In this document: one piece after another, positions 29,073-38,778 of the stretch
Position numbering within the stretch: position 1 is the first letter of the stretch
Layout: each line of letters opens with the position of its first letter
Source of the DNA: a candidate division WOR-3 bacterium
GTDB lineage: Bacteria; Hydrothermota; Tepidihabitantia; Tepidihabitantales; Tepidihabitantaceae
NCBI GenBank assembly: GCA_039801365.1
Contig: JBDRUN010000001.1
Span: 37,711 to 101,710 of the forward strand
Reading direction: 5' to 3'
Length of the DNA stretch: 64,000 nucleotides
The notes under the pieces: model-generated
Seen by the model: only the letters and a program-made list of their open reading frames with translations
The model's database searches: none
Told to the model about the DNA's origin: nothing
Made by a program: the position numbers and the translations under genes

Positions 29073-30311
29073 CTAGCGCACCACCAGCTTCTGAGTCGCA
29101 CTCCGACTGTCAACATCCACTCTCGCCAGATACACGCCAGCTGGAACCTTCCGCAGGTCCAGCTTGGTACCCAGTTCCCAGTTAGCCGCTGCCGGCTGAT
29201 AGGAAATGATGCACCGACCCGATGCGTCGAACACTCGCACGTTCACCGCGCTGCTTCTCGATTCTTTGATTCCTTGAATCTTCAGCGTTACGGACCCGCT
29301 CGTTGCCGGATTGGGGCTCAGGACAAAAACACCACCCGGAGCAGCGCCAGACGACCCTGGCTCTTCCAGAGCCGTAAGTCCGGTGGAATACCAGACGTCA
29401 TTGAGGAAGTTATTGTGTCCGCGCTGGCCACCCATCACCCATATCTTGCCATCGTGCACAACCGAAACGTGGGCCTGACGAGCCTCCCACATCGGCACGC
29501 CGGTTGTTGCCTGGGTCCAGTTTTCACCGTCCGATGAGTACCAGACTTCGTTGTTGTGAGACGGATCGCGATACCCGCCCATTAGCCACAGCTTGTTGTC
29601 AAAGCTGACAAGCGTGGAGAGATGTCGCGGAGTCCAGTTAGCCGCGGCTGTAACCTGAGTCCAGTTCACGCCGTCCGAAGAGCACCACACGTCGTTACGG
29701 TCCGTTCCATCGTACCCGGCCATCACCCATATCTTGCCATTGTGAACGACCGCGGCGTGCCAGAACCGAGGAGACCAGCCCGCATTGCCAGCCAGAACCC
29801 AGTTGACGCCATCCGAAGAATACCAGACGTCGTTCGAACCGGTGTTACCAGGATAAACAAATCCACCCAGAACCCACATCTTGCCGTTGAAAACCACTGC
29901 TTCGTGCCCGATTCTCGGCGTCCACATTGGCGAGCCGGTAGTAAGCTTGACCCAGGTTACGCCGTCCGAGGAATACCAGACGTCGTTCTTGTAGTTACCG
30001 GTGTCATATCCGCCGAGTACCCACACTTTGTTGTCAAACACAACCGAGGCATGATCGTTCCGATACCCAGGGGCAGCACTGACCAACGTCCAGTCCGCGC
30101 CGTCAGCTGAGCGCCAGACGTCCTTGGTCGCGGTACCCTGTCGCCCGTAGATGACCCAGAGCGTATCCTGGAACACAACCGCAGTGTGCAGTTCACGCGC
30201 CGGCCACGCCGCTGCCGGCGTTGCCTGATGCCACACCATCTGGCCGAAGGTGGGCACAAGCCCGCCGATCAGTACCAGTGCGACCGCAAAACAAGTTCTG
30301 CTCATATCCAC
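29073..30311 (-). CDS. Secreted Kelch-repeat beta-propeller protein with T9SS C-terminal domain
   Basis: Six or more repeats of the …W..VLGGY…NDVWYSSDG.NW… motif. Tail …AGVYLARVDVDSRSATQKLVV. Confidence 0.75.
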   Translation of the reverse strand: MDMSRTCFAVALVLIGGLVPTFGQMVWHQATPAAAWPARELHTAVVFQDTLWVIYGRQGTATKDVWRSADGADWTLVSAAPGYRNDHASVVFDNKVWVLGGYDTGNYKNDVWYSSDGVTWVKLTTGSPMWTPRIGHEAVVFNGKMWVLGGFVYPGNTGSNDVWYSSDGVNWVLAGNAGWSPRFWHAAVVHNGKIWVMAGYDGTDRNDVWCSSDGVNWTQVTAAANWTPRHLSTLVSFDNKLWLMGGYRDPSHNNEVWYSSDGENWTQATTGVPMWEARQAHVSVVHDGKIWVMGGQRGHNNFLNDVWYSTGLTALEEPGSSGAAPGGVFVLSPNPATSGSVTLKIQGIKESRSSAVNVRVFDASGRCIISYQPAAANWELGTKLDLRKVPAGVYLARVDVDSRSATQKLVVR

Positions 30312-31538
30312 TCAGCGCAGCCGGCTGACCACTATTCTCTGCGCGACGCTGAACTCCGACGCTTCCAGTCGTGCAAGATAGATGCCGCTGGACAGTCGGC
30401 GGATGTCCAGCGGAATTCCTGATGACCACTCTCCAATGGCCAATAAATGGACAAGAACGCACCTGCCCGCAGCGTCAAATACACGTAGGTTCGCCCCCTG
30501 AACCCTTGATCCTTTGAACCCTTGAACCTTGACCGTAGTAACTTCGCCCGTCACCGGATTCGGGCTGACCTCCAACCATGGTAGCAGGAGGCTCTCTGCC
30601 TCTTCCTCGACCCCGCCCGAACCTGACGTCCACCAGACATCGTTCAGGAAGTTATTGTGTGCTATCTGTCCACCCATGACCCAAATCTTGCTATCGTAAA
30701 CGATTGTGGTATGGCTGCACCGTTGGCTCCACATTGGTGTTGAGCGGGGCATTTCAGTCCAGTACGCGCCGTCCGTGGAATACCATACGTCGTTTCGGTG
30801 CGAGCCGTCATAACCGCCTAATACCCAAAGCTTCCCATCAAAACCTACGCTTGTGTGCAAATGCCGCGCCGACCATCCAGCCGCTGACGTCGCCTGTGTC
30901 CAGTTCAGGCCGTTAGTCGAATACCACACATCATTCAGGTCATCCGGGTTACATCCGCCGAGCACCCACATCTTGCCATCGTGCACGGCTGCGGAGTGCC
31001 AGAACCTTGGCGGCCACTGGGCCGCAGGTGTGGCCAGCGTCCATGTTGCACCGTCGGTTGAATACCAGACGTCATTCAACGGGTCGTAACCAGGGTACTG
31101 GAACCCTCCCAAGACCCACATCTTGCCGTCATAGACAAGGGCCCGGTGCCCAATTCGGGATGTCCACATGGGCTGGTTTGTGTTCACCTTTATCCATGTT
31201 TCGCCGTCAGTAGAATAGAGCACGTCGCTGGTGTAGTTACCGTCCTTGTATCCGCCGAGAAGCCACATCTTGCCGTCATAGTCAAGCGCTACTTGGTCGT
31301 TGCCATACCCCGGTGTTGACGCCGCCTGGGTCCAATTTGTGCCGTCCTTCGAACTCCAAACGTCTTTCGCATCTGCGCCCCGGCCGTACAGAACCCACAT
31401 CGAGTTGTCAAAAGCAACGCTGGCGTGCAACTCCCGCGGCGCCCATGGCGCCGCCGGTGTTGCCAGATTCCACGTTATCTGGCCGACTACAGGCACAGTC
31501 AGAAAAAACAAGACGATTCCAACCGCCAACCTACGCAT
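30312..31538 (-). CDS. Secreted Kelch-repeat beta-propeller protein with T9SS C-terminal domain (paralog)
   Basis: Same repeat architecture. Start reset to MRRLAVGIVLFFLTVPVVGQ, preceded by AAGGAG. Its stop abuts the previous gene. Confidence 0.75.
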   Translation of the reverse strand: MRRLAVGIVLFFLTVPVVGQITWNLATPAAPWAPRELHASVAFDNSMWVLYGRGADAKDVWSSKDGTNWTQAASTPGYGNDQVALDYDGKMWLLGGYKDGNYTSDVLYSTDGETWIKVNTNQPMWTSRIGHRALVYDGKMWVLGGFQYPGYDPLNDVWYSTDGATWTLATPAAQWPPRFWHSAAVHDGKMWVLGGCNPDDLNDVWYSTNGLNWTQATSAAGWSARHLHTSVGFDGKLWVLGGYDGSHRNDVWYSTDGAYWTEMPRSTPMWSQRCSHTTIVYDSKIWVMGGQIAHNNFLNDVWWTSGSGGVEEEAESLLLPWLEVSPNPVTGEVTTVKVQGFKGSRVQGANLRVFDAAGRCVLVHLLAIGEWSSGIPLDIRRLSSGIYLARLEASEFSVAQRIVVSRLR

Positions 31539-32436
31539 TCCTTCTTCTCCTTTTCTTAGTTTCCCAGTCTTTGCTGTGCGGGTTTTCGAAGGAACGGTCC
31601 TTGCTCCCGCCATTTGGCTCTATTCGCTCAAGGTAGCGCGCCGCATCCTCACCTTCGGCCCACAGCGACTCGAACGCGCGGGCAAAAACCTCACCGACCG
31701 CTGCATCGTTTACTTTGAACAGAACCCCTTTTTCGTGGGAATTCTCCGGTCTCACCCAGGTCACCTGCCGATCAACCACGACGAATGTTGTCGGCAGCCG
31801 GTCAACCACCCGTGACTCCTCACCGGCCTTGATCAGCGCCAGTGCATACCGGCGTTCCTCCGGGTCGGCGACCGCTTCCGCCAGATACATGCTTCGGCAC
31901 CGTACCCTGCGCCGAATCGCCCCGATCTCGACCCGACACGCCCTGTTTCGGAAAAGTTTCAGTTTGTCCGCTGGAAGATATCTGGGATGCCGACCGCGCA
32001 CAAACAGCACTTCCCGCCGCGCCTGTTCAATATGCTTGAGCCGGTCCCAGTAGCCAGCCCCCGGTTCCTCGGCCGCGGCCCGGCGCACTTCGATAAACGG
32101 CAACGGACGGTTGTTATCAGCCCGGCGCCGGTACGCTTGCTGCAGCATCTTTACCGACTCCTGTTGTGTGTGAAGCAACCGGTGAGTCCGGCGTACGGTC
32201 GCATCAAAGACAACGTCCGGCGGTGCGGCCGCAAACATCCCGACCTGACCTTCAGCGTGCGTCACGAACCCACGCTCGGCAAGCCGCTTCAGCGCTGCGT
32301 ACACGTTGGGCCGGTGGATGTGGGCTGCTTTGACAAGGTCACTGACCGTCGCGTGTCTGATGCGTAGCAGCGCCGCATAGACCCGCGCTTCGTTCAAGCT
32401 CAGACCTAGCGTCTGGAGCCGTATTATTGCGTCCAT
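31531..32436 (-). CDS. TrmB-family transcriptional regulator
   Basis: N-terminal wHTH LGLSLNEARVYAALLRIRHATVSDLVKAAHIHRPNVYAALKRLAERGFV, typical of TrmB sugar-responsive regulators. It is the first gene of the minus-strand T9SS-cargo array. Confidence 0.7.
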   Translation of the reverse strand: MDAIIRLQTLGLSLNEARVYAALLRIRHATVSDLVKAAHIHRPNVYAALKRLAERGFVTHAEGQVGMFAAAPPDVVFDATVRRTHRLLHTQQESVKMLQQAYRRRADNNRPLPFIEVRRAAAEEPGAGYWDRLKHIEQARREVLFVRGRHPRYLPADKLKLFRNRACRVEIGAIRRRVRCRSMYLAEAVADPEERRYALALIKAGEESRVVDRLPTTFVVVDRQVTWVRPENSHEKGVLFKVNDAAVGEVFARAFESLWAEGEDAARYLERIEPNGGSKDRSFENPHSKDWETKKRRRRNA

Positions 32437-32601
32437 GGTCGGATTCTAGTCTACCCCTCGACCGTGTCAAGGGAAAAGGTATATATAGCTTATATAGACA
32501 ATAAACCGTGGCAAATCGCCGGTACGCGCCCGGTCACGAGGATACCCCCCCAACGCACGGCTGGTTGACAGGGGTGAACCGCCGGCTACAATGACCGTCC
32601 G

Positions 32602-32674
32602 GGCGGCGTAGCTCAATTGGTAGAGCAGCAGAATCATAATCTGCGTGTCAGGGGTTCGATTCCCTTCGCCGCCA
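32602..32674 (+). tRNA. tRNA-Met (anticodon CAT; elongator or tRNA-Ile2-type)
   Basis: Acceptor GGCGGCG/CGCCGCC, D-arm GCTC-AATTGGTA-GAGC, anticodon stem GCAGA/TCTGC with loop ATCATAA, T-arm AGGGG-TTCGATT-CCCTT, discriminator A. There are no three consecutive G-C pairs in the anticodon stem, so it is not an initiator. Confidence 0.85.
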
Positions 32675-32806
32675 CTCAACGGCGCTTGATGCAACACGCG
32701 TTACGTTCCACGCCCTTGTCGGATTGTGGCAGCGATTCCGTCCAGGGCTCGGCATACTACGGACCTGTACAACACAGTGCCGTGATACACAGCAACAGGA
32801 GGTAAA

Positions 32807-33736
32807 ATGGGCCTTGAGGAAACAAAGTCGAAGTACATCTGGATGAATGGAAAGTATGTGCCTTGGGAGGACGCCCGAATTCACATCTGCTCGCACGTCA
32901 TCCATTACGGCACCGGCGTGTTCGAAGGAATCCGCTGCTACAAGACCCCAACGGGGCCGGCCATCTTCCGTCTCGCTGATCATACCGAACGACTCTTCAA
33001 CTCAGCCAGAATCTACCGCATGGACATCCCTTTCACCAAGGAACAGGTCAATCAGGCATGCATCGAGCTCGTCAAGAAGAACGAGCTCCAGGAATGCTAT
33101 ATCCGACCAATCGTCTATCGGGGCTACAAGGAACTTGGGGTAAATCCGTTCTCCTGTCCAGTTGATGTCGCTCTCATCACGTGGTACTGGGGTAAGTATC
33201 TAGGCCCTGAGGCGCTCGAACAGGGCGTTGATGTAATGGTCTCATCCTGGAGCCGGATGGCGCCGAATACCTTCCCGGCGATGTCCAAGACCTGTGCCAA
33301 CTACATGAATTCCCAGCTCATCAAGATGGAGGCTATCAAGTACGGCTTCGTCGAGGGCATTGCCCTAGACGTGAACGGCTTCCTGTCCGAAGGCTCAGGC
33401 GAAAACTTGTTCATCGTGCACAAGGGCGTAATTCACACGCCGCCTTTGCATGCGACAATTCTACCCGGCATCACCCGTAATACTATTATCACCCTGGCCC
33501 GGGACCTTGGATTTCAGGTTGTCGAGACGATGATGCTTCGCGAGATGCTCTACATAGCAGACGAAGTGTTCTTCACCGGCTCAGCCGCTGAGGTAACGCC
33601 AATCCGCTCGGTTGACAAGATAACAATCGGCTCTGGCAAGTGCGGACCGGTCACAAGACAGTTGCAGCAGGCGTTCTTCGCGGTGATTGACGGCAAGGTC
33701 GAAGACAAATACAAGTGGTTGACTCCGGTCCGGTAG
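32807..33736 (+). CDS. ilvE: Branched-chain amino acid aminotransferase
   Basis: 309 aa, fold-type IV PLP enzyme. Motifs …HYGTGVFEGIRCY… and …EVFFTGSAAEVTPI…. Confidence 0.9.
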   Translation: MGLEETKSKYIWMNGKYVPWEDARIHICSHVIHYGTGVFEGIRCYKTPTGPAIFRLADHTERLFNSARIYRMDIPFTKEQVNQACIELVKKNELQECYIRPIVYRGYKELGVNPFSCPVDVALITWYWGKYLGPEALEQGVDVMVSSWSRMAPNTFPAMSKTCANYMNSQLIKMEAIKYGFVEGIALDVNGFLSEGSGENLFIVHKGVIHTPPLHATILPGITRNTIITLARDLGFQVVETMMLREMLYIADEVFFTGSAAEVTPIRSVDKITIGSGKCGPVTRQLQQAFFAVIDGKVEDKYKWLTPVR

Positions 33737-33778
33737 TGTCGCTGCATGCCCACGTGACGCAGGCGGTGTAACGTACAG

Positions 33779-34207
33779 ATGAAAATCGCCCTCGGCTCAG
33801 ACCACCGCGGTTTCAGTCTGAAAGAGCTACTCAAGGATCGTCTGGCGCGCGCCGGCCACGTCGTCGCCGACCTAGGTACCAACACCCCCGAGCGAACCGA
33901 CTACCCCGATTTCGCATTCAAGGTCGCCCGGTCCGTGGCACGGCGGAAATCAGACCGCGGCATCCTCGTGTGCGGCACTGGCATCGGCATGTCAATGGCT
34001 GCAAACCGGGTCAAAGGCGTACGCGCGGCGTTATGCTGCAACACCAGGCTTGCCCGCATGTCCCGGCTCCACAACAACGCCAACGTCCTATGTCTGGGTA
34101 GCGACACGTTGACCCGAAACCAGGCGCTGCGGATTGTCCGCGTCTGGCTTGCGACCGGCTTTGAAGGTGGGCGTCACACCCGTCGGCTGAAGAAACTGGA
34201 CATCTAA
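33779..34207 (+). CDS. rpiB: Ribose-5-phosphate isomerase B (RpiB/LacAB family)
   Basis: 142 aa. MKIALGSDHRGF…GILVCGTGIGMSMAANR…. Confidence 0.85.
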   Translation: MKIALGSDHRGFSLKELLKDRLARAGHVVADLGTNTPERTDYPDFAFKVARSVARRKSDRGILVCGTGIGMSMAANRVKGVRAALCCNTRLARMSRLHNNANVLCLGSDTLTRNQALRIVRVWLATGFEGGRHTRRLKKLDI

Positions 34208-34382
34208 GACCCGACACACTCCGCCACACCCAGTGCTTGGTCCGATAGCTGGAAGGCCAACTAGGCAAATAGCCGGAGAGGCCGAAGGGCGAAAACCTAG
34301 AACTCTCTGCCCAATTCTTGTCGGACCACTCCCCTTCTGGCTACGCACTGTCTGGCTAGCCTGCTATCCTGGGGGTATCCTA

Positions 34383-35693
34383 TCAGCGGTTCAGGGCCCA
34401 GATTGATATTACGATTGAAGCGACCGGAATGCCGATGGCGCTGACAATCTGCACGTAGTCCTGCCAGAACCGTAGATTTACGCGCGGAAGAACGATCTTG
34501 TCGCCAGGCTCGACCACCGGATCGGTACGTGCCGAAATGCGGTGACCACGGCGCTCGATGTATGCCGCCCGCATATTAGCATAGTTGTTCGGCCCACCAG
34601 CCTGGCCGATATAATCACTCGCCTTCTGGTTCGGCGTGAACAGGTAAGGGCCGGGCGAAACAACTTCACCTTCAACATAGACAAGGGTGTTTATCGGCGG
34701 CACAACAAGTATGTCTGAGTTCATCAGCTCGACGTTTTGAGTCGAGTCACCCTGGAAGATGATGTTTTGCAGGTCCACCGGTAGCCGCTTGCGTGCGCCA
34801 TTTCCGCCCATCACCACGCGCTCAATGTAGGTGTTTGAAAGGTCGGCCCAGGGAGTAATGCCGCCCGCCTTGCGAATCATGTCAAACACCCGGTCACCCG
34901 GCTCCAGTTCGTAGATACCCTCGCTGATTCGCTCCTTTTCAGTTGTCAGGGCCGATGCCCGCAACCGGTACTGGCCGCGGCCAAATACTGCGCCCTTTAC
35001 CGTTACGAGGCCTTCAACCGCCGGCACATAGATGACGTCACCAGACTCGACGAACGGGTTAGCCATCAGGTCGCCCTTAGACTCGAATCGTTCGATGTCG
35101 GCAATCGCACTCAGCCGGCCACCGCGAATGACGTTGACCTTGGTCCGCGAGCCCAGCGGCGACAGCCCGCCGGCCCGGGCGACAACCTGCGACACACGTT
35201 CGACCGGCGAGGCATTGTACGCACCAGGATACTGAACTTCACCGGTAACAAAAACGATGCCGGATCGAAGTCCGAGCAGTGTCAGCTTCGCTTGAACCGA
35301 ACGAAAGTAGCGCCGCATTTCCTTGGTCACGGTATCCTGGGCCTGCTGCAAAGTAAGCCCCGAGACCCTCACCGCATCCACCACCTGATTACTGGCCTCC
35401 CGCCTTGACTGGCTGGCGTCACCCGACAGCGAACCCGGCAGTGGCAGGTTGATCGTCATCTTACCCTCGTAGGTGACCCATGTCTCGTACGAGTAGGTTA
35501 CCCCGCCCACGACAGTGACTAGTAGCCGGTCCCCGGGCATCAGCACGTAAGTTTCAGAAATAATCGGACTCTCGACACCAACCAGCGTCGGTATCCCGGT
35601 TGTCGCCGCTCCAGACGGCGGCGATGTCGCCTCCTGGGCTACGGCCGAAACAACCAAGACCGCCAGTAGTATGAACCGTCTGCTATTGAGCAC
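34383..35693 (-). CDS. Polysaccharide export protein (Wza/KpsD-like, SLBB domains)
   Basis: Signal peptide plus repeated SLBB-type segments (…GEVQYPGAYNASPVERVSQVVARAGGLSP…, …GEVVSPGPYLFTPNQKASDYIGQAGG…). Confidence 0.65.
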   Translation of the reverse strand: MLNSRRFILLAVLVVSAVAQEATSPPSGAATTGIPTLVGVESPIISETYVLMPGDRLLVTVVGGVTYSYETWVTYEGKMTINLPLPGSLSGDASQSRREASNQVVDAVRVSGLTLQQAQDTVTKEMRRYFRSVQAKLTLLGLRSGIVFVTGEVQYPGAYNASPVERVSQVVARAGGLSPLGSRTKVNVIRGGRLSAIADIERFESKGDLMANPFVESGDVIYVPAVEGLVTVKGAVFGRGQYRLRASALTTEKERISEGIYELEPGDRVFDMIRKAGGITPWADLSNTYIERVVMGGNGARKRLPVDLQNIIFQGDSTQNVELMNSDILVVPPINTLVYVEGEVVSPGPYLFTPNQKASDYIGQAGGPNNYANMRAAYIERRGHRISARTDPVVEPGDKIVLPRVNLRFWQDYVQIVSAIGIPVASIVISIWALNR

Positions 35694-35723
35694 GGCGCAT
35701 TCTATGACTCGAATCGGCCTCTG

Positions 35724-37940
35724 TCAATCGTGAAAAGCCCGGCAGCAGAGCTGGCTGACAAGACTTGTGGACTTTACCACGACGGCCGCAACGCCGGCTG
35801 CATCCAGGCCCGCAACCGGCACGAGTACAAGCGCGGCGGCAAACGCGCCAGCAAACCCGCCACCAAGGTCCAAACCGAGGAGTAATCCGGCTCCGGAACC
35901 AGCGGAAGCGGCCCTGGCGCCGGCAATCGGAAACTGAATGCCCACTGCGGCCCCGGCCAGAAGTAGCACGGCGAAAAACCCGGCCCGCGGTCCAATTCGA
36001 GCTAGCACGAGCAGCAGGACTGGTAGCACAATCAACCCAATCTCTGCGACCAGAAACTGCAACTGGCCTGAGCCAGCCCTAATCGCTCTCGTACCGACTA
36101 TCCCGCCCGCAACCGAACCGACCATGAAACTTGCAAGAAGCAGGCCGACCCCCGAATATAGGGAACCAAACCGCATCTGGTAGGCGAACACCGCCACTGT
36201 AGTGATCACCATGCCGGCGAAGCCCGACGTAGCAACTCCAGCTGGGCGGCTGAACCGTACTCTTCTGAGCTTGGCTCCGGCGATAAGCACCGCGAAGACT
36301 AGTCCGGCCAAAATCGCAAGATGAATAGGCTGAACCTTCCCGACCGTCTTGTACACCTGACTAAACCAGGGCGAGCTGCTTCGGGTCTGTGCGACCATTG
36401 CCCAGAACAACTCCGCCGGTCTTGTTGCGGTGGACCGCTCGCTTCGGCTCGGAGCAATGCCTCGACGGAACTGCTCCTGCCGGAACGGATCAAGTAGCCG
36501 CGCCAAATACTCCGGGCTGAGCCCCCCGAGTGCGAGCCCAGCCGAACGCAGCCGCAACGCCAGCGTCTCCGGCGCAATGGCTAGTTCCCGGCCTGACGCA
36601 ATGAACAGTGGAAAATCAGCCAGTACCAGGACCACGTGAGGAAAAACCGCCCTCAGGGTTGCAAGTCGAAGTTCCAGTAGGTGCCGCGTCTCAGGCAGTA
36701 ATTGACCGGCACTCCCAGGGCCCGGTAGCGCAAGTACGCCATCCTGGACCAGTCGCCTCCGACACAAGTGATAAAACTCACTTGAGAAAATCCTGCTCCC
36801 GGCCAGACTGGCTGGCATCAAGTCGCTAACAATGATGCAGTCGAAGCTATCGCTCGCCGTATTCAGAAACTGGACCGGGTCACTGGACTGTAGCCTGAAC
36901 CTGGAGTCATGTACGGCCCGGTACAATCCTGAGTCTGCCCGAAGCGCGGCATCAAATGGTTTTCGGTCAAGCTGCACCAGTGTGAGGCGCTCAACCGGCG
37001 CACGCATAACCTCAGTGACAAGCCCAATGCCCCCCACAAGCAAGACCCGGCGTGGTATCGAGCTGACAAGTAACGGCAGGTATGTGAGCTCTTCGACAAA
37101 CAGACGGTCCTGCACCGGTACGGTGTGCCACATCATCCCGTCGTAGAGAATCGTTGTCTGCCCCTCGCGATCCATTCTTATTGTCTTGCCGTAGGGCGAC
37201 TCTTCTACTTCCACAACTCGCTGGCCCGGCCACATACTCTCCCATCCCCGCCGCTCAATCGTCCCAGCCAGCACCAACGCCGCAACCAGCAGTCCGCACA
37301 TCAAGGCTCCAATCACCATTGCTTTCTTTCTTGCTTGCTCCCTTTCCCCTCCGCTCCAGCCCCCCGTCAACCCCGCAAGAAACACAAGCGGTATCCCGAA
37401 CCCGGCAACCAGCCTGACTCCGGGCAGGCCGGCAAGAAACAACAGCCAGGTCAGAACCGCTGCCAAGGCCGTGCCTGCGCCTTCCCACACGTATCCACTA
37501 CCGATACCAGCACCAGGACTACCATCGGTCAGCAGCACTGTCCCCAGGACGAACAGCGCGCCATGAGCCAAAGCCGGAAGAAGAACCACAATAGCGGCGA
37601 CTGCAGCCATGCTGACGATACTCATGCTTTCACCGGCTACTGCTCGGAACAGGACCCGACCAAGTACGACCGCCGGTACGGCCAGGACTCCGACCATGGC
37701 CGAGACCGATGCCAGCACAGACAGCAATGCCCGTGCGTCGGTCACCAACCTTCCCGTTGCCCACGCGCCAATCGCTTCCCCCGCAACCCAAGCCCCAAGG
37801 AGTAGCACCGCGGAAACCTCGCTTCCACCGAAAACGGCAAGCAATTCCCGCAAGAGCACAACCTGGACGACAAACCCATGCGCGCCAATTGCCAGAACAA
37901 GCACCCGGCGCGCTGACGTTGCGGCGCAGCCGACATTCAC
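35724..37940 (-). CDS. Fused polytopic membrane domain / spermidine-synthase-like (class I SAM MTase fold) protein
   Basis: 738 aa. Many TM helices at both ends. The central segment …VLLVGGIGLVTEVMRAP…FDCIIVSDLM… resembles the aminopropyltransferase fold. Confidence 0.6.
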   Translation of the reverse strand: MNVGCAATSARRVLVLAIGAHGFVVQVVLLRELLAVFGGSEVSAVLLLGAWVAGEAIGAWATGRLVTDARALLSVLASVSAMVGVLAVPAVVLGRVLFRAVAGESMSIVSMAAVAAIVVLLPALAHGALFVLGTVLLTDGSPGAGIGSGYVWEGAGTALAAVLTWLLFLAGLPGVRLVAGFGIPLVFLAGLTGGWSGGEREQARKKAMVIGALMCGLLVAALVLAGTIERRGWESMWPGQRVVEVEESPYGKTIRMDREGQTTILYDGMMWHTVPVQDRLFVEELTYLPLLVSSIPRRVLLVGGIGLVTEVMRAPVERLTLVQLDRKPFDAALRADSGLYRAVHDSRFRLQSSDPVQFLNTASDSFDCIIVSDLMPASLAGSRIFSSEFYHLCRRRLVQDGVLALPGPGSAGQLLPETRHLLELRLATLRAVFPHVVLVLADFPLFIASGRELAIAPETLALRLRSAGLALGGLSPEYLARLLDPFRQEQFRRGIAPSRSERSTATRPAELFWAMVAQTRSSSPWFSQVYKTVGKVQPIHLAILAGLVFAVLIAGAKLRRVRFSRPAGVATSGFAGMVITTVAVFAYQMRFGSLYSGVGLLLASFMVGSVAGGIVGTRAIRAGSGQLQFLVAEIGLIVLPVLLLVLARIGPRAGFFAVLLLAGAAVGIQFPIAGARAASAGSGAGLLLGLDLGGGFAGAFAAALVLVPVAGLDAAGVAAVVVKSTSLVSQLCCRAFHD

Positions 37941-38100
37941 CGTTCCATGCTAGACGCCGAATTCCGACCAGTCAACCTATCGGAGCAGACTGCGTGGTCA
38001 GGGAGTAGCGAGAAATGGAGCAGAGGCGGATAGGCTTTCTGGGCCTCTGGCTGTGCGGCTATCCGCTCAGCCGGCTTGCCGGCCATCGGGCGAAAAAGGC

Positions 38101-38128
38101 TTGACCGACGGCGCTTCAGTGCTACAAT
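38101..38128 (+). promoter_or_regulatory. Candidate sigma70-type promoter (TTGACC-16-TACAAT) for nikR, implying a near-leaderless transcript
   Basis: Seen in sequence. It lies inside the long version of the nikR ORF, 10 bp upstream of the GTG I prefer. Confidence 0.3.
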
Positions 38129-38138
38129 TTCTGAAATC

Positions 38139-38606
38139 GTGCCACGCAGAAACGGTAGCAAAGAGCCGGAACTCGTACGTTTCGGCGTCTCGATGGAGCC
38201 GGAGCTGCTTCGTGTCTTCGACCGCCTGCTGGAGCGGACTGGTATTCCCTGCCGGTCCAAGGCAGTGCGGGACATGGTGCGGACCCGGTTGGCCGAGGCC
38301 GAGCTGGAATCTGGCCCTAGTCCGGCGGTTGGCGTTCTTTCGTTCATCTACAGTCACGATCAGCCGGACTTGGCGGAGCGGCTGCTGCACCTGGAGCACG
38401 AGCGTCATACCGAGGTTGTCTCCAGTGTCCATGTGCATCTGGACAGGAACGCCTGTCTGGAGGTGCTGATCATGCGCGGCCGGGCCAGTCGACTGCGGGA
38501 ACTTGCCGACCGCCTGTCCGGATTGCGGGGAGTCAGACATGCCCGGTTGTCGCTCTTGCCTGCTGCCTGTCCGCTTGCCCACAAGAAGGGGGCAGAACGA
38601 CGGTAG
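38139..38606 (+). CDS. nikR: Nickel-responsive regulator NikR (RHH + metal-binding ACT-like domain)
   Basis: LVRFGVSMEPELLRVFDRLLERTGIPCRSKAVRDMVRTRL matches the NikR ribbon-helix-helix N-terminus. The C-terminal domain has the H/C ligands (…HLEHERH…VHVHLD…C…). The GTG start is chosen to give a canonical-length N-terminus. The track ORF begins at a TTG at 38076. Confidence 0.75.
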   Translation: MPRRNGSKEPELVRFGVSMEPELLRVFDRLLERTGIPCRSKAVRDMVRTRLAEAELESGPSPAVGVLSFIYSHDQPDLAERLLHLEHERHTEVVSSVHVHLDRNACLEVLIMRGRASRLRELADRLSGLRGVRHARLSLLPAACPLAHKKGAERR

Positions 38607-38627
38607 GCCTGGGAGAAAGTAGAGCGA

Positions 38628-38660
38628 GTTACAGCGTTACATGTTACAGGTTACAAGTTG
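38628..38660 (+). repeat. Short array of the GTTACAG heptamer (GTTACAG-CGTTACAT-GTTACAG-GTTACAA)
   Basis: Seen in sequence between nikR and the TonB-dependent receptor gene. It is the same heptamer as the arrays at 57003–57088 and 57584–57616. Confidence 0.7.
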
Positions 38661-38778
38661 CGCTATTGCCCGAGGGGAGTAGCGCGAAAGGAAAGGTTGC
38701 TTTCTGCCCCGGGCAACGAAGCCGGCAGCACGGAAGGTAGGAACGACAGGAAACTGAGATAGGAAAAGGAGATCTAGG

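Noticed and set aside
32467-32697. 76-aa minus-strand ORF
   Set aside because: It overlaps the tRNA-Met gene and its upstream region and has no RBS or motif.
38076-38138. Longer NikR N-terminus from the TTG at 38076
   Set aside because: It would add about 21 residues that NikR homologues lack and would place a good TTGACC-16-TACAAT promoter inside the coding sequence. The GTG at 38139 is preferred but not proven.
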